A DNA stretch of 63,524 nt, filler included, from Atractiella rhizophila (GCA_021432655.1; 3 parts of 3 records of this genome joined end to end with filler, not necessarily neighbours in it), one strand, 5' to 3'. Shown: positions 36,068 through 48,746, counted from the first letter of the whole stretch. A program made the numbers and translations. The notes: generated from the sequence alone by a model not told the origin.

Positions 36068-37955
36068 CTACAAACCGGCAGGGGGAGGCACTGCGCTGTA
36101 CGCTCCTTTGGCAGGAGTAGGAGGAGGCGGCGGAGCGCCATTGGATGGCGGAGGAGGGGGAGGAGGCTGTTCGGTGCCCGGCTGAGCGGGTTGACCCGCC
36201 GCTCCTGGAGGGGGAGGAGGGGGGTTTCCAGATGCGAACTGTTGTGCGATTTGGACGTAGCTCGTTATGTACTATCATTACATCTTCATTAGCGACTGCT
36301 AGCCAATCACGGAGCAGAGCGAGAGGGGTACGGACCTGTTGAGCCCAGACCATGTATTGAGGATCGTTCAACAATCCAGTCCAGTAGGTCTTCGCATCCC
36401 CCGTATAATTCGGCGGAGGGGGAACAGAAGCGCTCGCCTGTATATACCACTCCTTATACGCATCCTGTTGCGGATCCGTCGCGCCCAACGTCGCACTAGT
36501 CGCATCCGAAGGCGGGGCAGGAGGGACCTCTGAGCCAGGGGGAGGGGGAGGGGGAGCGCTGCCGTCTGGGGGAGGGGGCGGAGGCTGTTGGACGACGATG
36601 GGAGCGCCGTATCCCATGTAGATGGGCGGCGCTTGGGCGGGCTGCATCGGCGTGTTGTAGGTCTCGAGCAGCTGTCGGGCTTTGGACCATTCGTCCGTCA
36701 CGACGGTGAGCAGGTCTTCGGCCCATTCGCGCGCTTTTTCAATCATCGCGTTGTCGGGGCCGCTGTTGCGTCTCTCAGAATGAGGGAGGATAAGTTGAGG
36801 ATGCAAACGTACGTGATGCTGATGTGCATGGGTTCATCGCTCTCTCTCCCTGTATCGGTCTCCAAGAATCCCGATCCTTGGCCTTTGATCTGAACTCTGG
36901 TCTGAGTCTCTCCTTGTATAAACTTGACGAATATTCCCTGCAGCGTTCTCATCAATGAGAGGGATGGCCGAGGAGAGGAGGGGCAAACGTACGCCGGGTC
37001 CAACGACCTTAGCCCTTACGTTAAAATTCCTCAAATTGTCCAACCCCACAGGCATCTTTTCCTCATGCCACTTCCTCTAATAACCACAATCCTCTCTCAG
37101 CATGCGCCGAAAGGGGAGAGGAGATGAGAGAAGACGCACCCTGCCCCTCTCATCCTTCCTCTCCGTCAACGGCCCCATCTCCGTGTTGATCAGCTCCTCC
37201 ACCTTCGCCACTCCCATCTGAAGGACCTCGAGAGTGGACGCGGTGATGTGGAGATACAAAGGAGGGGCGCCTTCGGTCGCTAAGCTCTTGTCTGGGTACC
37301 AATTGCCCTTGGTGGTCACGGTCGCGCCGGTGTCTTTGTGGATCTAGAGTGCAGAGAACAAATGAGAGAGGGTGAGTGGTGGGTGGGATGGGATGTGAGG
37401 AGCTAACCTAGAGAGGGGAGCGGCGTGAGTACATTGAAAAGAAAGAGGTTTGTCATAACGGAAGATTGCCGTGGAGGCAGTTGACACTACTTCTCGATGG
37501 CGTCTGCTCAGCGACAAGCCGTCAGCTCGTCCTCTCACTTGATGACGATACAAATAAGAAAATTCTCATCTACCCTCTCCCTCTTCGTGGTAAAGCAGTG
37601 ACAGCAAAACATACCTGACTCTGCGTCGTTCCCTTGGTCAACATATACCTATTCCGGACATCGTTGATCTCTACATCCTTCACAAACTCAGGATCCCCGG
37701 GCTCTCTCGCATCAGCAATATACTGTCCACCAACGGCGGAGGGTGCCGGTTTCGTAGAGTACTGAGCCGCGATGCGTCTAGCAGCCTCCGCTATCACCAA
37801 CATCGTGTCAGCATCTCATCTCCATCAAACACAAATACGGGAGTGAAATTTGGGAGTGAAAACACACCAGCTGCGTCCAAAGCGTTGGACTCGAGTTTTG
37901 GCTGTTTCGAAGGCGGAGAAGCGCTCGGATCGTCCCATTTCCTTTTGCGGTCTGA
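36068..37955 (-). CDS. KH-domain RNA-binding protein, KHDC4/BLOM7-like (copy A; ATG removed by the duplication junction)
   Basis: SDRKRKWDD, DVEINDVRNRYMLTKG, PLYLHITA, FNVRAKVVGPG|GIFVKFIQGETQTRVQIKGQGSGF..EPMHI, and a Pro-rich tail. Confidence 0.85.
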
Positions 37956-39204
37956 GTGAGCAGGTCTTCGGCCCATTCGCGCGCTTTTTCAATCATCGCG
38001 TTGTCGGGGCCACTGTTGCGTTTCTCAGAATGGAGGAGGGTGAGAAGTTGGGGATGCAAACGTACGTGATGCTGATGTGCATGGGTTCGTCGCTCTCTCT
38101 CCCTGTATCTGTCTCCAAGAATCCCGATCCTTGACCTTTGATCTGGACCCTGGTCTGAGTTTCTCCTTGAATGAATTTGACGAATATTCCCTGCACCGTT
38201 CTCGTCAATAAGAGGGATTGGCTCAAGAGAAGGAGCTGCAGACGTACGCCGGGTCCAACGACCTTAGCCCTGACGTTAAAATTCCTCAAATTGTCCAACC
38301 CCACAGGCATCTTTTCCTCATGCCACTTCCTCTAATATCCACAATCCTCTCTCAGCATGCGCCGAAAGAGAAGAGGAGAGGAGGAGACGCACCCTACCCC
38401 TCTCATCCTTCCTCTCCGTCAACGGTCCCATCTCCGTGTTGATCAGCTCCTCCACCTTCGCCACTCCCATCTGAAGGACCTCGAGGGTGGTCGCGGTGAT
38501 GTGGAGATACAAAGGAGGCGCTCCCTCCGTCGCTAAGCTCTTGTCTGGGTACCAATTGCCCTTGGTGGTCACGGTCGCGCCGGTGTCTTTGTGGATCTAG
38601 AGTGCAGAGAACAAATAAGAGAGGGTGACTGGTGGGTGGGATGTGAGCTAACCTAGAGAAAGAGGGAGCGGCGTGAGTACATTGAAAAGAAAGAGGTTTG
38701 TCATAACGGAAGATTGCCGTGGAGGCAGTTGACACTACTTCTCGATGGCGTCTGCTCAGCGACAAGCCGTCAGCTCGTCCTCTCACTTGATGACGATACA
38801 AATAAGAAAATTCTCCTCTACCCTCTCCCTCCTCGTGGTGAAGTAGTGACAGCAAAACATACCTGACTCTGCGTCGTTCCCTTGGTCAACATGTACCTAT
38901 TCCGAACATCGTTGATCTCCACATCCTTCACAAACTCAGGATCCCCCGGTTCTCTCGCATCAGCAATATACTGTCCACCAACCGCCGACGGCGCAGGTTT
39001 CGTAGAGTACTGAGCCGCGATGCGTCTAGCAGCCTCCGCTATCACCAATTCGCATCAGCATGTCATCTCCATCAAATACAAATACGGGAGGGAAGTTTGG
39101 GAGAGAAACACACCAGCTGCGTCCAAAGCGTTGGACTCGAGTTTTGGCTGCTTCGAAGGCGGAGAAGCGCTCGGATCGTCCCATTTCCTTTTGCGGTCTG
39201 ACAT
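37956..39204 (-). CDS. KHDC4-like copy B (alternative version, 3'-truncated at EDLLT)
   Basis: Matches 36706-37955 with mostly synonymous and intronic differences. ATG at 39204. Confidence 0.8.
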
Positions 39205-39385
39205 TTTCTCTTGCTCCTCTTGCTGTCCTGTCCTACTCCAAGACTCAAATGTACCTTCGCAAGGACGTGGTCGTTGCTGACACTCAGATTAGGGAATGCG
39301 GGTGGCAATTTTCACTCAAACCTCAAAACAGTGGAGAGTGTAAAGATCAAGTATTGGATGATACATAAGAGCGCTACAGAACAAC

Positions 39386-40526
39386 ATGCAGTCCCTCTCC
39401 GAGCGCTCATACCATCTCTCCTCACTCGCCCTCCTTCGCTCTGACGGTCGCACCTCGAACGAGTTCCGCAAGCGCTTCATCTCTGTATGCTCTTTACTTC
39501 ATCATATATTTCTGATCAATGTGGGGTGGATAGCACGACGTATCGCCATTGGCTAATGGAAGCGCGCGCGTCGAGATCGGAGGGACAGTGGTCGTAGCTG
39601 GTGTAAAGGTCGAAATCGAACCAGGATCCACCGCACGGGTAGGAATCGACGTCGAAGTGTGAGGATCATCCATTCCTCCATTCCCAGACTCAAGGCACTG
39701 ATGAAGAGAAGGCGTCTTCGTCAATAACACAGAGCGGCAGCAGCAGCCGTATCCTCCACCCTCTCCGACCCATCATTCGCCGTCCAATCCTTCCTACTCT
39801 CCATCTACACACCCCAATCGCTCAACCTCCCCACTCTCACCCGCACAAGGAGACTCGCGCTCTCTGTCCACGTCATCATCCTCTCCACAGATGGAGGGAG
39901 CGTCCTAGACGCCTGTGCGTTGGCGTGTCGGGAGGCGTTGGGGAAGACGCGCATCCCGAGGTTCAACGTGGGGGTGTACAAAGGACATGACAATCCTTCT
40001 GCTGCCGCTACCGTTGAGACTGGAGATATGGATGGAGGAGGAAGAGGAGGAGGAGGGGAGGACGTGTGGAAGACGGAGGCGGAGGGTGAGATAGAGCTGT
40101 TGTCGCAGTCGGTGGAGGATGGCACCCTGTTATCTCCCGAGCAGTGGCCCTCTGTCGTCACATTGCACCTTGTGCGTCTCTCTCTTATCTCCTTCATGTT
40201 TCGGGCTCACTGATTCTTTCTGTTTCGGCGGGGAAGGCCGGAGAGAATTTATTCGTGGATGCGACAGCAGAAGAAGAGCTGGCCGCGTCCAACCGTCTCT
40301 CCATCGCTATTGCTTCATCCGAAAGCAACGCAAACGGAGACGATGGAGATGGGGAGGAGATATGTGGGTTGCAGTGGGAAGGAGAAGGAGAAGTGGGATT
40401 CGACCGCCTCAAGGAGATCCTCATCGTTCGTCCTCCCCTTTACATACTCTTCGGCGAGTGTTGAATGTGCGTTTGGCGCAGAGCGGTGGAAAGGTGGTGC
40501 GGCAGTTGAGAGGGGGTCATGCTTGA
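39386..40526 (+). CDS. RRP42: Exosome RNase PH-like subunit, Rrp42/EXOSC7-like (copy 1)
   Basis: LRSDGRTSNEFR..|SPLANGSARVEIGGTVVVAGVKVE, ILSTDGGSVLDACALACREALGKTRIP, FVDATAEEE. Confidence 0.8.
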
Positions 40527-40709
40527 GATTTACTCATTCCCTTCTCCTCCTTTGTAGGACTGTGACCTTCTCTGTCTTTGTTCATGATTGTCAATGAATA
40601 CAATGACCCTTTATTGGCCACTCATAAAGGCAGACCTGAGAAACCTATTGTTGACCGATTCGCATTCACCAACTTGGATGAGGATGATCGAAACAACGAG
40701 ACGACCAAG

Positions 40710-41366
40710 ATGACACTCGCCTCACTCCCTCCACACATCCACCACCGGATATTCACCCACCTCCTTTCGCCCTCAGCGGCACCGAAAGCAGAGCACGACC
40801 AAGTACGGGAAAGCGGGTGCACGCTTGGCAGTCTGCTCACGGGGTTCGGGTCGCGGGTGCTGCACGAGAGCGCGCTGGGGTTCGCATATGGCACGCTGAC
40901 TGTGAGGGACTCAGGCGGGGCAGGGGACGAGGACGAGGTGGAGGAGGCGAGCCAGCTGGGCACCGTCCTGCGGTCGTCCACGCATGCCCGGTTCGTCGAG
41001 ACCGTCCTCTTCGTCCAGGGCGACGAGATCGAGCCTGCCCGTCTCGAGGAGATCATCTCGTCCCTGCCATCCCTCAAACACCTCGAATGGCGCTCGCCCT
41101 TCCCGCCCCCGCCGAACCTCTGCGCGTTGCTCACCCACCTCCCGCTGCACACTTTCATCCTCTCACTCCCGTCGTCGGACGAGCGCTGGGACGCAGAGAT
41201 GTTCTCGCTCCTCCCTTCGTCCCTCCGAAGACTGTCTATATCCTCACTCTCCCAAGATGGCTCAAAGTCCTTAGCATCCGCAGGACACATCTCCTTTCCG
41301 TTCCTCGAACATCTCGCGCTCGACAACTCCCTCTTCGTCGACGACGCCCTCCTCTCCTCCGTCGGT
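40710..41366 (+). CDS. F-box/LRR (RNI-like) protein, 5' part; its remainder is written backwards in 41367-44714
   Basis: MTLASLPPHIHHRIF, then LRR-like repeats. Near-identical to 46568-47224. Confidence 0.7.
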
Positions 41367-44300
41367 AACCTCAAGGGGAGCGAAGGCACAGGTTAAAGAA
41401 CGGGGTCCAGCACGGTCCAATCCTATATCGTGGCAGTTTTGATTAAACATGTGGCAGCGGGGATTACACATGCAGAGAGTGAGAACGGAACCTAGGCCTG
41501 ATCCTCTAACTGTTGACTGAAACTAACGCTTACGAGTCTCACCCTCGGACGACAGACCAGTAGAAGAGAGTTAGCAGGCTGTCTAAGGCTCTCGCGAGAT
41601 AGGTAGAGTAGCAAGGAGAGCGAGACTGGGACTAGCCGAAGTAGCAAGAACCCTGCTAGCTGCAACTCCGAGTGTAGTTGCACAGGATGAAACGGACAAA
41701 GGAGGAGACGTACCCTAGGAAGAGAGGGAGACACGAGGAGACGAGAACCCGTCGTTTGTTGTGGGGCCTGGGTTGGTTCTCCCGGCACGAGCAGCGGTAG
41801 TGGCAGCCAAAGCCTTTGCGTCGGCCTAACCAAAGAAGATTGCAGAAGGTTCGGTTTCTGCTTGGCTTTATGTAGGGACGGGAGCAGACAAGTCGACAGA
41901 AACCGCGCCGACGCTAATGCCCTCATCGCGAGAAACCTTCAATATACTCCTAGCTATTAACCGCAGCGCTATCCGTTGTCCCACACTCCAACTGCTCGTT
42001 CCTACAACTGTGACGGTTTAACTTCCTACCGTAGTCTCTAGGGTTGACCTCCAGTCAGAAGAGGCAGAAGAATGAGAGTTCTATTCTCGACTGCACGAAC
42101 ACTACACTATCCACCTACATGATCTAACACCTGAGCCTAAACAATAAACAGAACAGCAACCTCCTACTACTTCCTAAAGCTAACTCCTACCTAACTAGCT
42201 ACGGAAAGAACCAAATGCGAAATGGAACGCGAATGCTAACGTTTTGTAGAACATATTGCTTCGTTTGACGAGTGCGTTCGCAGGGTTGTGGTACCCTTCT
42301 TCACGGGTACTCTCTAAGTTTACCTTCTTCATGTGGGCGGTGTTTTAACCCAAGTGGGAGTTGGTCTGAGCCTGAATCTTGAGCGGTCTTGAGCGCGAAG
42401 TCGGGAACGAAAGGCTTTCGTTAGTTTGCTTAAGCTTTGGCCTACGTAACTTCCTGTGGAGGTGGCTAAGGTCAGCCTCCAAGGAAGCTAGGAAACTGAC
42501 TGGACTGGACAGTTCGGACGACAACTCAGACGACAGCGAGTCGTATGAACGGTCACAACTTCCACCGGCTCGTCACCTCCGGCGTCACGCACCTCCTCTT
42601 CCTCAGGCACGGTACTAGAACCCCAACTTGCAACTTGTTGTAACTTATAGCAATTTTACTCTGACATTAACCCGCGAGACCTTTAGTCTTCTTGTCCACC
42701 CCACAGACGACATGTAAAGGACAACAAACTTGAGCTTGTTGAACTTTCCGTTCTCGTGCCCCTGTCCTTTTTGATCCATCACTTGTGTGGTAGTTCAAGA
42801 AGTTCAAGAAGCTATGGTCGTCAGTGCCACCAATAGGACCACCCGCACGGACATAGTACTACAGTCTCACCAGGACGAATTCCCTGGACACCCGTTACAT
42901 GTTAAAGGACGCAACCGTCGAACCTCTGATGATAATAAAAGGTGATATCTTCATTTACTGATAAGAAACGTAAGAAAACGTGCGTCCCGATAATTTAATG
43001 TAAAAGAGAAGAGAAGAGAGTTGCGCCTGATTCTGTAAGTTGAATGAATGTTAGTATGTACGTTTACGTGTCGTTACGAGCATTTGTAAAAGTAGTTTGC
43101 GTGAAGTCTTGGAAGTAGACAGGGAGGCAGGTCTAAGAGGTGTTCGCACTCACCTGGCAGGGTGTTTGCTTTGCTGTGTTAGCCTTCCCCTCAGAGTTAA
43201 GGAAGGGGAGACGACTGGCTACTGCTCCTGGGAGAGGAAAGGTAAGCGCGACGAGAAGGCAGAGCGTACCGAGGAAGGGCAGAATAGTAGGAAGGTTGAG
43301 GGCAAGGGCAGGTGTAAAGGTAAAGGTAAAGGAGGAGGTTGCTGTAGCTGTAGCTGTAGCTCTCCCCTCTCCCTCTACCCAAGCTGCCACTGCAGGAAGA
43401 GGAGGTCGACGCCGTCCTGCGACTTGAGGAAGAGCCCCGACGACCACGGACGAAGAGGCCTCTATCTGTACCTGTACCACCAGCGCATGCTCGAGTACGA
43501 GTCTGAGGATAAGAAGGAGGTGGGTGAAGGTATGGGTTAGCTTCTTTGGCTGCTGGAGGAGGAGGGCGGGTGTGGACGTGGGTAAGGTTTGGCTCGAGGG
43601 TGAGCATAGGCGGTAGGGGCGCTGTATCTAGCTTGAGCGGAGTGACGGGGAGGCAGCAGGAAGGTAGGAAAGGGAGTGGAGGAGGGAGAGCTCTCCGTGC
43701 TTCCGCTGGAAGTTGTTCGAAGGGAAGCCGCCTACCGAGTCAAGGGTGGAGGGTTGAGGAGGTGCAGGGCAGGTGTGCTAGAGAACGTCGAACCCTCTGA
43801 AAAAGTTGCGAAAGGCCTTTAGAAAGCGAACGCCTTGCCGCCGACACTCGCGCAGCCTCTCCCGCCAACCCGGCCTCCTCCTGCCCCCCTCCTCCCACTC
43901 CTTCCCACACACCGCACCTCCCTACCTCTCTCACTTTGCTGCCTCCACCGCCTCCAACCGCATCCAGCTTCTCCCTTACAAATCGACAAGTAGCAGAGCA
44001 ATTAACGTAGAGAACATAGTGTTTAATATCGTGACAGCTTACTTTCTTCCTTTTTACCTACCTTCTCTGCATGGTGGAAACACTTCCCCCGTAGCTGATT
44101 TTGGGAGTTAGGGAGGTTATTCCATGTAAAGAGGTAATATCGGACATCTTGGAGCTCCCTCTAAAGGGTTTTCAGTTAGAGCTCGCAGAACTCAAAGGGT
44201 GGGACAAGGTTGTTGTTGTCGTGCAGCAGGAACCGGTAGGCAGAGCCGCGTTGGGACAGCAGCGTTCCCTCGTTCCGCACCAACGGCCCGACATCCCTCT

Positions 44301-44714
44301 CGCGTCCTTGAACTGCCCACTACCTATCCACCCTCTCCCACGTCCTCCCCTTCCTCTCATTCCTCTTCTCCCTCCTCTCCACCAGGCAGCAGGTAGAAGC
44401 TGTAGTGTGGTTGCTCTTACTAGAGTGAGGACGAGCTGTTGTTGTTTCTCTCTTCCTCTCTGTATGCTCACAGATACGAGCTGGTGGAGGGGCTTAGGCT
44501 AGGAGTTTGAGCAGTTTCGAGAGCCGGTTAGGCAGTTTGAGCAGGTGTTGGGAGACGAGTCGGAAGGGAGCTAGAATAGGTCGAGGTTGAGAGGGGGTAA
44601 GGGCTTTGAGGTAGGAGGAGGAGGGAGGTTATAGGGAGAGTGGGGAGCCAGCCAGTTGAACCAGGGGGTCCAAGGCTCAGACTGGAAGAAGTCGGACGGC
44701 GGCCTGCAGGTGGC
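41367..44714. repeat. Reversed, non-complemented (mirror) copy of 47225-50631
   Basis: Read right-to-left from 44714 the sequence is cggtggacgtccggcggcaggctgaagaagg..., equal to 47225 onward. It ends ...gcgaggggaactccaa, equal to 50631. Confidence 0.97.
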
Positions 44715-44739
44715 NNNNNNNNNNNNNNNNNNNNNNNNN
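44715..44739. other. 25-N assembly gap
   Basis: N run directly after the mirror block. Confidence 0.97.
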
Positions 44740-45019
44740 TTCACAAACTCAGGATCCCCGGGCTCTCTCGCATCAGCAATATACTGTCCACCAACGGCGG
44801 AGGGTGCCGGTTTCGTAGAGTACTGAGCCGCGATGCGTCTAGCAGCCTCCGCTATCACCAACATCGTGTCAGCATCTCATCTCCATCAAACACAAATACG
44901 GGAGTGAAATTTGGGAGTGAAAACACACCAGCTGCGTCCAAAGCGTTGGACTCGAGTTTTGGCTGTTTCGAAGGCGGAGAAGCGCTCGGATCGTCCCATT
45001 TCCTTTTGCGGTCTGACAT
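44740..45019 (-). CDS. KHDC4-like 5' fragment (copy C, same version as copy A)
   Basis: Appears identical to about 37679-37955 and supplies the missing ATG at 45019. Confidence 0.8.
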
Positions 45020-45220
45020 TTTCTCTTGCTCCTCTTGCTGTCCTGCTGCTTCGCTGTCCTACTCCAAGACTCAAATGTACCTTCGCAAGGACGTGGTCGT
45101 TGCTGACACTCAGGTTAGGGAATGCGGGTGGCAATTTTCACCACCTCACCTCAACCTACAAAACAGTGGAGAGTGTAAAGATCAAGTATTGGATGATACA
45201 TAAGAGCGCTACAAAATAGC

Positions 45221-46393
45221 ATGCAGTCCCTCTCTGAGCGCTCATACCATCTCTCCTCACTCGCCCTTCTTCGCTCTGACGGTCGCACCTCGAACGAGTT
45301 CCGCAAGCGCTTCATCTCCGTATGCTCTTTGCTTCATTAGATAGTTGAGAACGGTTTGATCAATGTGGGATGGATAGCACGACGTATCGCCATTGGCTAA
45401 TGGAAGCGCGCGCGTCGAGATCGGAGGGACAGTGGTCGTAGCTGGTGCGAAGGTCGAAATCGAACCAGGATCGACTGCACGGGTAGGAATCGACGTCGAA
45501 GTGTGAGGACCATCCATCCATCCATTCCCAGACTCAGGACACTGACGAAGAGAAGGCGTCTTCGTCATTAACACAGAGCAGCAGCAGCAGCCGTATCCTC
45601 CACCCTCTCCGACCCATCATTCGCCATCCAGTCCTTCCTACTCTCCATCTACACACCCCAGTCGCTCAGCCTCCCCACTCTCACCCGCACAAGGAGACTC
45701 GCGCTCTCTGTCCACGTCATCATCCTCTCCACAGATGGAGGGAGCGTCCTCGACGCCTGTGCGTTGGCCTGTTGGGAGGCGTTGGGGAAGACGCGGATCC
45801 CTAGATTCAACGTGGGAGTGTACAAGGGACATGACAGTACTTCTGCCGCTGCTACTGTTGAGACTGGAGATATGGAGGGAAGAGGAGGAGGAGGAGGGGA
45901 GGATGTGTGGAAGACGGAGGCGGAGGGTGAGATAGAGCTGTTGTCGCAGTCGGTGGAGGATGGCACCCTGTTATCTCCCGAGCAGTGGCCCACTGTGGTC
46001 ACTTTGCACCTTGTGCGTCTCCCCTTCCTCTCTTATATCCTTCATGTTTCGGGTTCACTGATTCTTTCTGTTTCGGCGGGGAAGGCGGGAAAGAATTTAT
46101 TCGTGGATGCGACAGCAGAAGAAGAGCTGGCCGCGTCCAACCGTCTCTCCATCGCTATCGCTAATCCATCCAAAAGCAACGCAAACGCAGATGATGAAGA
46201 TGGGGATGACGATGATGGGGAGGAGATATGTGGGTTGCAATGGGAAGGAGAAGGAGAAGTGGGATTCGACCGCCTCAAGGAGATCCTCATCGTTCGTCCT
46301 CCTCTTTACATACTCTTGCGGCGAGTGTTGAGTGTGCGTTTGGTGCAGAGCGGTGGAAAGGTCGTGCGGCAGTTGAGAGGGGGTCATGCTTGA
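45221..46393 (+). CDS. RRP42: Rrp42/EXOSC7-like exosome subunit (copy 2)
   Basis: Same exon structure as 39386-40526. Confidence 0.8.
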
Positions 46394-46567
46394 GATTTAC
46401 TCATTCCCTTCTCTTCCTTTGTAGGACTCTGACCTTCTCTGTCTTTGTTCATGAATGTCAATGAATACAATGATCCTTTATTGGCCACTCATAAAGGCAT
46501 GCCTATTGTTGACCGATTCGCATTCGCCAACTTGGATGAGGTTGATCGAAACAACGAGACGACCAAG

Positions 46568-48746
46568 ATGACACTCGCGTCGCTCCCTCCACACATCCAC
46601 CACCGGATATTCACCCACCTCCTTTCGCCCTCAGCGGCACCGAAAGCAGAGCACGACCAAGGACGGGAAAGCGGGTGCACGCTTGGCAGTCTGCTCACGG
46701 GGTTCGGGTCGCGGGTGCTGCACGAGAGCGCGCTGGGGTTCGCATATGGCACGCTGACTGTGAGGGACTCAGGCGGGGCAGGGGACGAGGACGAGGTGGA
46801 GGAGGCGAGCCAGCTGGGCACCGTTCTGCGGTCGTCCACGCATGCCCGGTTCGTCGAGACCGTCCTCTTCGTCCAGGGCGACGAGATCGAGCCTGCCCGT
46901 CTCGAGGAGATCATCTCGTCCCTGCCATCCCTCAAACACCTCGAGTGGCGCTCGCCCTTCCCGCCCCCGCCGAACCTCTGCGCGTTGCTCACCCACCTCC
47001 CGCTGCACACTTTCATCCTCTCACTCCCGTCGTCGGACGAGCGCTGGGACGCAGAGATGTTCTCGCTCCTCCCTTCGTCCCTCCGAAAACTGTCTATATC
47101 CTCACTCTCCCAAGATGGCTCAAAGTCCTTAGCATCCGCAGGACACATCTCCTTTCCGTTCCTCGAACATCTCGCGCTCGACAACTCCCTCTTCGTCGAC
47201 GACGCCCTCCTCTCCTCCGTCGGTCGGTGGACGTCCGGCGGCAGGCTGAAGAAGGTCAGACTCGGAACCTGGGGGACCAAGTTGACCGACCGAGGGGTGA
47301 GAGGGATATTGGAGGGAGGAGGAGGATGGAGTTTCGGGAATGGGGAGAGTTGGAGCTGGATAAGATTGAGGGAAGGCTGAGCAGAGGGTTGTGGACTAGC
47401 TTGACGGATTGGCCGAGAGCTTTGACGAGTTTGAGGATCGGATTCGGGGAGGTCGTCGAACATAGACACTCGTATGTCTCTCCTTCTCTCTTTGTTGTTG
47501 TCGAGCAGAAGTGAGATCATTCTCGTTGGTGCAATGTCGAAGATGGACGACGGACCACCTCTCCTCCCTCTTCTCCTTACTCTCCTTCCCATCTTGCACC
47601 CTCTCCCACCTATCCATCACCCGTCAAGTTCCTCCGCTCTCCCTACAGCCCGGCAACCACGCCTTGCTCCCTTGCGACGACAGGGTTGCGCCGAGACGGA
47701 TGGCCAAGGACGACGTGCTGTTGTTGTTGGAACAGGGTGGGAAACTCAAGACGCTCGAGATTGACTTTTGGGAAATCTCCCTCGAGGTTCTACAGGCTAT
47801 AATGGAGAAATGTACCTTGTTGGAAGGGTTGAGGGTTTTGGTCGACGCCCCCTTCACAAAGGTGGTACGTCTCTTCTATCTATTTTTCCTTCTTTCATTC
47901 GACAGTGCTATAATTTGTGATACAAGAGATGCAATTAACGAGACGATGAACAGCTAAACATTCCCTCTTCGACCTACGCCAACCTCCGCCACCTCCGTCG
48001 TTTCACTCTCTCCATCCCTCCACGCCACACACCCTTCCTCACCCTCCTCCCCGTCCTCCTCCGGCCCAACCGCCCTCTCCGACGCGCTCACAGCCGCCGT
48101 TCCGCAAGCGAAAGATTTCCGGAAAGCGTTGAAAAAGTCTCCCAAGCTGCAAGAGATCGTGTGGACGGGACGTGGAGGAGTTGGGAGGTGGGAACTGAGC
48201 CATCCGCCGAAGGGAAGCTTGTTGAAGGTCGCCTTCGTGCCTCTCGAGAGGGAGGAGGTGAGGGAAAGGATGGAAGGACGACGGAGGGGCAGTGAGGCGA
48301 GTTCGATCTATGTCGCGGGGATGGCGGATACGAGTGGGAGCTCGGTTGGAATGGGTGCAGGTGTGGGCGGGAGGAGGAGGTCGTCGGTTTCTTCGATCGG
48401 GTATGGAAGTGGGTGGAGGAAGAATAGGAGTCTGAGCATGAGCTCGTACGCGACAACCATGTCCATGTCCATCTCCGGAGAAGCAGGCACCAGCAGCCCC
48501 GAGAAGGAGTTCAGCGTCCTGCCGCAGCTGGAGGAGAAGGACGTCACCGTTGAACCCATCTCCCTCTCCCCCTCGATGTCGATGTCGATGTCGATGTCGT
48601 TGGAGGAGGGAAATGGAAACGGAAATGTGGACGGGAATGGGAGTTGGAAGGAGGATAAGACGGGAAGGAGCCATGCGAGACGGAAGAGCAGCGCGAACGG
48701 AAAGGAGAGGGTCCTCGTCATCGGTCAGCAAAGGGGAAGGAATTGA
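46568..48746 (+). CDS. F-box/LRR (RNI-like) protein with Ser-rich tail; apparent 1-nt frameshift near 47342
   Basis: F-box-like start, then LRRs (LEHLALDNSLFVDDALL, LKTLEIDFWEIS, LQEIVWTGRGGVGRW). G4 here versus G5 in the mirror copy. Confidence 0.72.

Noticed and set aside
41492..44700. ORFs predicted inside the mirror block (e.g. VKVKVK and VAVAVA repeats)
   Set aside because: They are by-products of reversed sequence; the real coding information reads right-to-left without complementing.
46489..47592. Long antisense or alternative-frame ORFs over GC-rich genes (also 40622-41389, 8868-9581, 14225-14887)
   Set aside because: Shadows of GC-rich codon usage on the real coding strand.
48575..48600. 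(TCGATG)n microsatellite
   Set aside because: Ordinary coding repeat giving SMSMSM in a disordered tail.
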